Source: Psilocybe cubensis (taxonomy: Eukaryota). Taken from it: a stretch of DNA of 64,000 nt. Of the stretch, positions 51,209 through 64,000 are shown piece by piece (position 1 is the stretch's first letter; each line of letters begins with the position of its first letter). The notes under the pieces are model-generated. The model was not told the origin of the DNA, did no database searches, and saw only the letters and a list, made by a program, of their open reading frames with translations. Both the position numbers and the translations under genes were made by a program. The stretch is from the NCBI GenBank assembly GCA_017499595.2, contig CM039009.1, positions 186,001 through 250,000 on the forward strand. The letters are read 5' to 3'.

Positions 51209-53634
51209 TTTCCTGAATGAACGCAATGCTAACGATTCCACATAGGAATGCTGCCCTTTTTATGCAGTTTTGGTAGCCTCTGATAATGCAACCATTCGGT
51301 CATGGTGTCAGGTCTCATACGCTGCGGGTGTGCGTCAGATGTTTTTCTGCAACGCGTCGTGAAGCAGCCCAGATGAGCATCTTTATCCCCGCAGGATGGC
51401 GATCGAACTATTTTCCAAAAGCAACCAATGCGTTCAGGTAAAGCGGATAGGACAGGAAGCTAGAGAAGAAAATCTGATGCTGAAAACATGTCGTCTGACT
51501 TTGGATGTACGCCATGTCGGACTCCTTGCAAGCCATGACACCCCAGGATAAATATAGACACCAAATGTCCCGTATTGACCCCAGGTTGACTTCAGCGATG
51601 CATCGGGGGTCATGAGTGACCATTTCGAAAAGTGAAGAAAGTGTATCTGCAAAAAAAGATTGTTAAGTCATCTTCTGACCTGATTAACTTCCATCATTTC
51701 GGTCGGTCGACCAAAGAACGTGTTTCAAGAACGTCGACAGTAAAATGAGTGCGCAAGACCGGGCGATCATTCTTCAGTGTTTATAGAATTCGAGCATCAC
51801 GTTGACCAGATATCTACAGAACCTTTCAATCAGAAACCTCGGATGTTCAATTGTATGACACAAAGAGAAGTCGAGGTAGTCAAGTGGACGTATAATTTTC
51901 CGTTCGTCCAAGTCCTGCTTCCGTTCCTCGTGGCATTCGCGTGAGGATTATGAAGTTATCGAGTAGGTAAAGTGAGGGTCGTACATCATGAAGTTTGTTC
52001 GAGAATTTACACCGCACCGGTGTAATTAACTTTCTGGTTCTTTTCAGTAGTCGCCGACTACTGAAGGTATTACTTTGTAGCCATAGTCTGGGGTGCGACT
52101 CACACATTCAATGTAGTACTTTTTCAGACAGTGCCAGTCGTTCGCTAGCCAGTGACGCGTACTGCACATAGCTACACCCAGATGATGAATGAATATGTGA
52201 ATTGCAGTAATCCGAAACATTGCTGCACTCACCAGGGTCTATGTTCACAAAGCAATCGTGCAACGAGTTCAATGACTTTGAGAGGTCGGACATCGAAAAA
52301 TTATTTGTCATCGGATGTGAGCTGGTCACGAGCATGACGCGACGCGATAGTTTGGCCCCTAACTTTCGAAAGCTACCCAAATATAGACTTTTAAGTCATT
52401 TCTACTAAACGCCCGATAAACTCAAAGCCTGCCTAGGGAGGTTATAAATTTTGGGGGGCATGCTGCATACTCTTTTTGGCCTGCGTTTTATCTTGCTTGT
52501 TCTCCTGGCACACTCAATTTATTTATATTCAATAATATTATTCAATGCTGCAAAAACGACAGAGAACTGGGGGACACCGAAAGATTCCCTCACTGATTCG
52601 AACTAATATATGTTATTTTCTTATAGCGCGCCTATGATAAGAAGCATAAACCCAAAATTGCGAACACATACTCCGTGGATACCATACAATATACTCAAGG
52701 ACGGAAAGAACTCCAAACAGCACAAGTTGTAGTATTAGCGTAGAAAGGCGAGCAGCATTTACATATGAATCTGAGCATTTTCTCTGTCTGGCGCAAAATA
52801 CTAATCAAAGACAAAAGAGAAGAATAAAGCCATTTAAAATTGAAAATAATTGGGAATGGTGTGCGTTCATTGGAGGCATCCATTCAATTATAGTCAGAAC
52901 TGCGGTGGCTCAAGCTTCAAGCCTTCCACAATACAAGTTGAAACTTTAATAAATACATAAAAAAGCGGCATTCCATTGGCCGTCGCTATATTTCATTCAA
53001 CCACTGCCTACAAGCTACATCGTTAGCCACGATCCACCACGATCAACAGGTGAGTCTCAGCGCATCAAGTAATTAACGAAGCGCACCGCCACGCGCCGCA
53101 GCTTAATTGTGTACTATAAAAAGGTGACATATTCTGGTTCACCGAAGGCCACATTCCGGTGTGCAGAGACCGTTGCCAAATCATTTGCAAAAACACGTTA
53201 CATTGCATTCGATAAGCACTTCGAGCCAGTACGCAACGAGGCGGACACATGGCAACGTCGTGTGGACCTCGAAATTTCTTTATAAGTTTTAACTGCTTGT
53301 TGCTCATGGATGTAATGAGCGATCATCTCATGCCCAATGCCCAATGGCTAGGAAATAGGAGTACGAAAGCTATGCGTGCTGCGGACAAGAGCTTGTGTTC
53401 CTCGTCAATACTTCTAAACCGATTACACTTGGGTTAAAGGATCTATGGATTCACTAGACGGCGTCTAGACGACGTTAACTGATCCTCATGACGTACACCG
53501 CCTCCAATGGCAACCAGTTATAAAAGGGTTAAGGACGATCACGACAGCCGCATTTATTCCCACTCCTCCTCACCTTCGTCATTTCTTGGATATAGCTCTC
53601 AGGAGAGCTCACAAATCGTCTCTTCAGCTTGCCC

Positions 53635-54366
53635 ATGGCTTCAATGACCTACACCTCCCCACAGCGACTCGCTGTAACAGAACAACCCCAGGCGATTTGT
53701 GAGATATACCCAACCGACCAGAAATTCGATTTCGATGCCAAGCATAACGACAAGGTCGCATGCGAAAACTGCAGTGCGCAAGGACACAATCGCCCAACTC
53801 ATTCTGATCACCGCCATTGTCACAATGGACGTCTGCGACGTTTCCTAGTCCCTGCAATAATCGCTTTGGTTATTTTTGCTGGATTCATGACATTTACTTG
53901 CATGAGTGGGTATGATCTTGCCAGTTGGGGTACAGAAAATTTGGTCTCGAGAGCCGTCAGCGATGGCACAAATGGCACGGGAAACAATACATTCGTGAAT
54001 AGAAAACGTGAGTGGTTAATCGCTTTAATTTTCATAACTTACGAATCACGGTTTATAGTATACCTGATTGTCATCTTTGTTGGTCTGTTAATTGTGCTTA
54101 TTCTCGCTATTTGCTTGAGTGCATGGTGTTGTAGAGGTACGAAACGCCGCAGGATTGCCATTTCAGGATTCTGGCTGATCTGAAGTTCTGCTTCAAGGCG
54201 CATTTGAAAATCCACTATGTTGCCCGTGTTATCTCTGTGCTTGCTGTGGCGGTTTGGGTAAGCCGTATCAATATGGCGAAAATGAGTTTGACTGACATAG
54301 AGTATCTCAGCTTGCCTCGAATGCATTGGCTGTGGATTATGTGCTGAAGGGTTGGATCAGATGTAG
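53635..54366 (+). CDS. Small two-TM membrane protein with Cys-rich C-terminus
   Basis: TM helices FLVPAIIALVIFAGFMTFTC and YLIVIFVGLLIVLILAICLSAWCC. Spliced tail ENPLCCPCYLCACCGGL-ACLECIGCGLCAEGLDQM*. Confidence 0.7.
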
Positions 54367-54599
54367 CCGTCGAGCGTTCTTTTCTTTTCTTTTCTATCTC
54401 GGACATTTGAACGCTTTTGCAGTTCACAGTGCCTTCCCCTATATTTACACTCAGCATTTTTACTCAAAAGAAATCAGACAGTTAGCAGCAGTGAAGCGGA
54501 ATTAGATTTATTGATTAGATTGATTCGCACAGCGAATGTCCCCTCTCTAACCGATACATTTCATGCAGTAGGCTCTCGTAGATGTTCGTATTCGTCATT

Positions 54600-56076
54600 T
54601 CAGTACGCAAACCCGTTGAGGCGGTTAACGGCCTCCAAGCCCTGGCCAACGTTCACATAGTCGAGAAGAACAAAGTTGGGGTTACGGTCCTCGACATACG
54701 GTGCGCAGTGGGTGGAGTGTTCCAAGATGCTGGAGATCAATTTTAAAATCAAGCCGGGGTAATAAGAAGTAGTAGACGCACGAGTTGATACCATTGGTCA
54801 TAGGACTGTGCAGGCGGTCAGGGATGAGAATACCTCGGCCAATAGGGAAGATGTTCGCATTGAGGTTGTGGTTGATGAGACTGAGTTGCTGGGCGGGGGC
54901 GAGGGGGCCAGCAGTTCGGTCAACTTTGCATGGGAACCTCGCATCAGTGGGGTCGAATTTATCTTCCCAGACCTACAAATTCACAAAACATTAGAGCAAA
55001 AGAATAGGCTGACAGAAGTTGTACACACCATCTGGAACTGTGGCAGGATAAACTCGACCGCGGGCTCGGTGCGGCTCTCTGCGCCTTGGTCCAGGAAAAT
55101 AACAACCCTCTTGCCGGATTCAATCATCTCACCAAGGGTGGGCCAGTCATCGCGGGACATAACAGGCTGTGGGGGTACATATGCCATGTCGGTTATGCCT
55201 ACACAGAAAATTCAGCACAGTAGTTCATTAGGCCAAGCTTTACGACGTACCGCTCTTGTCGAAGACCGGCTTCCACACCTCAGATACAGAGAGGTTTTCA
55301 GGGTTTGTGAAAACCAGAGTCAACACTTCGTTAGGGTGCCTGTCGAGGAAGCGTTTGACTTTGTGGAGGTAGGATGCAACTGTTCCACCATCGAAAAGGC
55401 CCTAAATCACCAAACCGTCGAATTAAAAAGTTGGATCGCATTTCTAGACTGTTATAGCTTACGCAGGCTATTACAGAGAAAGATTAGTATCCAAATAAAA
55501 TTGAAGAGGTGGGGATACTAACTGGTATGGCAGAAGTGCAGTTCGTTGTTATTCCTAGAAAGACACACAAAAAAGTTCAGCAGGTAAAACCAACAAGAGA
55601 GAAAAGTAGGACACACATGTGAGATTGAGCCTGCAGCATCCTCACTCCCATTGTCAATTGTGCCTTAATATCCACCTCTTGCGTCCTTGCCACTGAGTCA
55701 ATTTACCATCATGTCAAAAAGAATTACAAAAAGACGGTTCAAAGGATATCTTACAAGCAAATGGGTTCCCACTGAATGCAAACGAATCATGGGATCCGAG
55801 GAAGGTGACGTTCCCGTATTTACGATCGCACAGCTCTGCGTGTCCGTTGCAAAGCTGAGCTCTGTAGGATGGTAAAAAAAATAATGAGCGCTCATGAATA
55901 TATTCAACCCAGCTGTACGTTTGCATGGCCAGCACAACCCATACAGAACCGCCCATCGTGCTCAATCATATAAAAACAGGTACACACCTTTTCTGGGGGA
56001 GCACTAGGCCAAGCGCACTAGATGCAAACACGAGAGTAACTGAAGCGAGAGCGGCCAGCCGCATGGATGAAAACAT
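54600..56076 (-). CDS. Secreted PLC-like phosphodiesterase (PI-PLC X-domain-like), multi-exon
   Basis: Signal peptide, CNGHAELCDRKYGNVTFLGSHDSFA, GVRMLQAQSH, LHFCHT, WPTLGEMIESGKRVVIFLD, PNFVLLDYV. Confidence 0.85.
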
Positions 56077-56678
56077 CTTGATTTTTGAAAATGTTGAGGG
56101 GGACGTTGATTTAGAGACCAGCTCGGGGGAAAGGCAGCGGTGGCGAGCCTTGCTGGTATTTATACCAAACGGCCAACATGAAACGTAAAGGGAAGCCAAG
56201 GAACCGGATCTGATTGCACCGCTTATGGCTATTGGCTGTTGCTCAATGGCATTTGTCCTGCCACGCCGGAGATTATGCACGGGATTTGGAGTTCGGGCGT
56301 GAGACAGCCTGGTTGTACTATAGTTGGGGATTTGTGAAATATACAGTATGCTGATGCTCGAAAAAGTTACTTGCATAAATCGTACATCTATGGAGTTAGA
56401 TTTGGGCCAATGTTTGGCGAAAAATAAAATACAACTCGACGGAGAAAAGTATGATGCGAATGTGCCAAGATGACATGTAAATTTGCATTCAACGTTATTG
56501 CACTTGAGATCAGCCGATGAAGCACAGAGGGCTGAAGATTAGTGACACAGGTTATTGCATTGATGCGATTGACGTGGTGTATAAATACAAATTGGGTTCC
56601 TTGACTAGATACAAAACTGAAAGCTGTAAGACATGAACCAAGAAAAAGTTCAAGTGCTCGAATCGACCAGATTGAGGT

Positions 56679-58464
56679 CTATGCTGTGGCGGCTGCTGCA
56701 CGGGTGGGTGTAGGAGCACTTCGTTGCTTAGCGGGTACATCCTGTTCGTAGAAATGCGCAGTAATGGCTTCAGTATGAGTGATGGTAAGATTCGTCAAAG
56801 GATGCGTTGCGTTCTGTTGAAGTATTCAAAATTTATTATATAAATAAATTTTCAAAAAAACATACCAAACGGTTTTCTGTCCCACCGAGTATGTGAGATG
56901 CACCCTCTTCTTCAATCCAGGAAAGAATACTGCCGAACGATCGTTTCCGTAGCTCATCTTTAGTGGAATCTGATCCTGTAGGAATGGTATGTTAGGATCA
57001 CGCGTTTTTTACAAAGAGTAGTATTCATGATACCTGATGATTTCCAGGAATCCAAAAATTGCTTTTTTCTTAGATGCGAAGGGAAGACGTGATGCTGGGC
57101 AGACGAAAGTCCCGATAAGCAATATAGAGTATGATATGCATCCGCATTTCTGGTAACAATAATTACTATCGACACTCATGATAAACCACCAAAACTCACT
57201 TGGGTGGTTTGTCGCGCAATCCACCTGTTGGATGCTGACCAGCGTAAATGATATACTCTTGGAGAGCCATACGGTTGTACAATCCCTCTTAAATTCCCAA
57301 ATCAGCGGTGGAGACTAAAACAAGAATATGGACTAACCATCGACATCATCCCAAACACCGTCACCCGTTCCACTATCAATTGGAACCTCGTCGGAATTGG
57401 CATTTTGGATTCCACCCACTCCAAGTGCTTCTAGGAGGGCAAACGAACCACCACACCACCATGAGTAACACCCGTCAACAAGTTTATTCGTCCGTCCTTT
57501 GAAACCTCCAAGTTCAATGAACGTTCCTTGCATGTGGACCAACCATCTTAATAAGTTAGAAACGTCGATTGTAGGCTTTTCTTGTGAAAGCTCCAGGTAA
57601 GGCTGCAAAAGTACCCAGGATGCGAGAGCGCAGAAAGTGTATCCACCGTGAGCTTCTCCAAGAGGCGGGCGCGCAGCTGGAGGCGGGAGTACGTCCCCAG
57701 AGAGAGAATACGATGGGTGTGAGGATGATGCGAAACCACCTTCGTAAGTCTGGCAAGATGCCACAAACGAAGCTGTACCTTCCACCAACTCAGGAGTAAG
57801 AAGATCCAGAAAGGTTGCTACCATCAGAAGACAGTATATCCCGCGAACATCGACCTCGGAATGGTGTGCCACGAGAAAAGAGCCATCCTTCAGTTTGAGC
57901 GACATGAAGAATTTGTACATCTTTTCTCTGTTATCAATTAGCGAGATACAGTAGCAGATGTAGATTCAATAGCGCACCTGTCAATCTGATCCCATCCACC
58001 ACCTGGACCCGGTCGTCCGACGATTGCCAATATACATACGGAAGCGTAGGTCGGCAGCAGATGGGCAGCCTGACCAGGTCCCCCACCAAATCCACCATCA
58101 GGATGTTGCCATGCGAGAACTTTATCAATGATTCTGGGCACATTATCGAGCCTCGTTTTCAACGGAGAAAGCCACAATAATACCTTTGTTTATTTCCCGG
58201 ATCGAGTCCAACCTGTAGTACACTGAAAGCTTGCACAGTCCAGAACAGTAGCCACGGTTGGCTTGCATCCTGACTAATATACCTCTCTGGAAATCCTTGG
58301 ACCAAATTGCGAACAAGGAAAGACATGTGCATCTTTTTGTCGAGAGTTGGTTTCTTTTGCGATGTGTCGTCTGGAATGTGCTTTATCAACATTTCTTCAG
58401 TTTCTGACTGCGATAGTGAGGTAGGCGTTGGAAATCCATCATTCGTTGTTTTAGGAGGCAACAT
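56679..58464 (-). CDS. RAM1: Protein farnesyltransferase beta subunit
   Basis: DASQPWLLFW, GGFGGGPGQAAHLLPTYA, EVDVRGIYC, CQTYEGG, GEAHGGYTFC, GRTNKLVDGCYSWW, DAYHTLYCLSGLSSAQH. Confidence 0.93.
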
Positions 58465-58995
58465 AGTAAAGGCCAAGGAAGGTATTGGTGTTGCAAAGGT
58501 GTGAAACGCACTAACAATACCCGTTGATTAGATAACGGACGGTCCCAAGATGGCAGTAATTACCACATTTGGACAGCAACAAGCATTTTCAATCTCCGCG
58601 AGAATGTCACACGTGAAACGTCACACCAACCTATGAACAGAAACCCTGTATTGTTCCAAACAAATCTATCCCTCTAGGTGCTTTGAATGACGCCAGATGC
58701 AAAATTATTTCTGACTTTCGATAGAGATATATTTTTCTCCAAATCAGGGTTAACACTGTCCACAGGAATAAAAAGGACTTCGAAGCATCGTCACAGATTG
58801 AGTGGTTTGCAATTGCATCGCATGGTTCAAATAGCGACATATCTACATCGACATTTTTGTGGCGACACTCTATGCTTTCCGTATATTCAACCAACTCGCT
58901 AAATATTCGAATACATGATCAATAGTTCAATTCAGTTTTAGACAGGTACGTTAGTAATCAGAATACCCTTTTTTTGTGTCAAAATCAAGAATCTT

Positions 58996-61473
<2,478 letters not shown>

Positions 61474-62975
61474 TGTCGCGGTTCAAGTTCAAGCTTGATT
61501 GGACCAAAAAAATTTGTGATCGATAAGTGATCATGTAGATCTTATCTTATCACCAAGAGGCCGACTAATACAGCCGAGGATAGGGGTATGTGATGGCGGG
61601 AACACCCAAGGAACAGCAACTCCAAATCAAAAACAGGTCCACATTATGATTAACTTCTCGTTAGTTCGAGAAGTGAGGCTCATCAAGATTCACGCTTACA
61701 TCAAAAGTTGCAAGAAGTGTACTGGGTAGTGAGGCCCCAATTCCTTCTTGAATTTCCCAAGCCCGACAGACCAAGAACAATTTATCAGAAAGACTCAGAC
61801 TAAATGATGCATGATGATAGAAACTGCCAAAGGGATAGATCGATCCAACGAGTTGATAGTAGCAAAGTAAGATTGATTCTGCGCGGCATTCCTAGCACGG
61901 TTCTCGTACGTAGCTTAAATACACTGTGAATTCAACACACGAATTCCAGGAGGGGCGATAAATTTAAAAGGACAGACTAAGAATGCTCGGGCCAGTGTGT
62001 ATGTCACGTAGTGTTTGACAGAGAAGAAAATTGAGAAAGAAACTTATGTAGACAACTTGGGGCGAAATATAAACATACTTTTGGCAGGGTGTCTCCAGAG
62101 TCCAGGTAAAACGCCATATGCCCCGTCAAGAAACACGTTTTGAGCATATCTCTCAGATGAGATAAGAATACCAGTCTAGTCTACCGTGACACCTACTGTA
62201 CACGGTATGTCTGTTTCTTTACTCTACTACCAACATCGTTGGTTACTTACCAGAGTTTTGGTCACAAATAGGGAGCCTCTAATTCATCAAATTCAATGAC
62301 ATAATATGCCAGCTCTCAGGGCAGGATATTTTTGGGCGCTTGGGGTTGGTGGCGGCATGGTAACCCACTGCTGTAGTACGGACAGCGCTATTTTAAGAGA
62401 ATCTTAAAATAACTGCGGCAACGGCTGACCGAGACAGATGTTTGAAAACTGAATGGTTTTCAGGGAGAAACAGAACAACAGTGAATGATTTGCTGAGATG
62501 AAAAGGGTTGTTCATGCATAAAAAAGATTATCATCGTATCATGACTCAAGCAACTAGTCTACGGCTCTAAAAGCCGAACATATGGGAAGCTGCATGTTGA
62601 CCGCTTCAGGGAAGAAGCGAGTATGAAGTGGTTGCTCCGGACATTGTGGGTCTGTTAGAGTCCTTGTAGGTAAGCGGACGTGAGATGGTTGGATGTGGAG
62701 TAAGAAAAATAGCAACAAAAGGAGCATATCTTTCTAGAACTATAGTTTAAAAGCCAGTCACCAGGTCCAAAAGTCTCATTCGTTCTCCCTTTCGATTTTC
62801 TCCCCTTCTCACATCTTCCTGGCTGTTGACAAAGACAGTCGCCTAGTGCGCCAAGGTCTACCACTCTCCGACACTGGTGTCGCCTTCTATATTCTGCTGC
62901 GTCTGAATACTTCGATAGTCCCCATTACACCATCGTTTCTCTCTAGTTTTTTTACTTTTGCCGTTAACGTTGATC

Positions 62976-64000
62976 ATGTTCTCCAAAACAAGCCTTCTTT
63001 CTTTCTTGACACTTGTCATCTCGGTTTCAGCTGCAGCAACCAAGCAACAGGCTGCCCAAAAGGCCTCGACCAGTAAAGCTGCTGCCTCCACTGCTGCTGC
63101 TGCTGCTTCCGGAAAGGGTGGCGATGCTCAAAGCTCATTGAGTATGTTATCTATTCCGAACAGTGTACTTGTCATTTAACTCTATATATCACACTCTCTA
63201 GCGCTTGATCCAAAAGTCATTGCCTCGGGGTTTGCAAATAACGGTCAAGATGTCCCACAAGCCGGACAAGTGGCATCTTTGACATCAACAAATAACTTCA
63301 TAAACTTTTGTTTGACCGTTCCTAACCTACCTATTACCAACGGCCTGCAAATTACCACTGGATCATGCAATCCCGCCCCGATGGGTGTCATCCCTTCCAC
63401 GGACAATATGCCCTCTTCCAAGTTTATCAACCCCCCTAACTTTGGAACAATTCAGGCTGGTCAAACGTTCAACATCGAGATGAACATCAAGGGAATGCAG
63501 ACAGGGTTCTTTGTCAATGCAAACGAAAACTACTTCGCGGCTCCTCAGCAGCTGAACGCTCAGGGACAGATCCAGGGACACTCTCACGTCGTCGTCGAGC
63601 AGCTTGATTCTTTGACCCAGACGACTCCGTTAGACGCTAAGAACCATGTTTTCTTCAAGGGTCTCAATGACGCTGCATCAAATGGGGTCCTCTCCGCAAC
63701 TGTCGAAGGTGGACTGCCGGCTGGCGTGTACAGACTAGCATCCATCAATACAGCAGCCAACCACCAGCCTGCTCTTGTTCCGATTGCCCAGCACGGATCT
63801 TTAGATGACTGGGTCTATGTAAGTTATCATGGTTGCTGTTCAAAGAAAAGTCGCTCAAATCTATCATGCCCTAATAGTTCACTGTTACCGATGATGGCAA
63901 GCCAGCGTCTAGTGCAGGTGCCAGTGCTTCCAGTGCTTCCAGTGCAGTGGCAGCTTCCTCGTCCGCTGCTGCTGCTACAAGCGCCGCAGCCTCCAAGGCT
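62976..64000 (+). CDS. Conserved fungal secreted protein of unknown function (partial, runs off the window end)
   Basis: Signal peptide, LDPKVIASGFANNGQ..SLTSTNNFINFC..TNGLQITTGSCNPAPMG..GHSHVVVE..AANHQPALVPIAQHGSLDD, then an Ala/Ser-rich tail. Confidence 0.8.

Noticed and set aside
51850-52950. Short Cys/His-containing ORFs as a transposon relic or gene
   Set aside because: Multiple stops and no recognisable motif or termini.

Overview
Eukaryotic, intron-rich fungal DNA. The fused spermidine synthase-saccharopine dehydrogenase gene points to a basidiomycete, and the gene families present suggest an Agaricomycete. The first ~24 kb is a transposon hotspot. It holds a CACTG-ended mini-element and a complete AcademH-type DNA transposon (6118-11942: 9-bp TSD, blocky TIRs, RecQ-like helicase plus convergent transposase, both with apparent CGA>TGA nonsense codons). 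It also holds a three-level nest: an 8-bp-TSD MITE inside an Ngaro-type tyrosine-recombinase retrotransposon, which sits inside the 5' LTR of a gag-only LTR element with apparently identical LTRs, which itself splits a host reading frame. The Ngaro element shows a clean circle-junction integration signature, a predicted spliceosomal intron in gag carrying a repeated GCGATAGGC motif, and a single +1 frame break at a UUU_CGA site. Host genes include five micro-exon-rich DUF6534-like membrane proteins, an Old Yellow Enzyme, DUF2235, TatD, a double-CFEM protein, a TPR/CCCH protein, an alpha/beta hydrolase, an AA13-CBM20 starch LPMO, a PI-PLC-like protein, farnesyltransferase beta and Spe-Sdh, whose first intron appears to be GA-AG. 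Exon boundaries were read by eye and family names come from motif recognition, not database searches.
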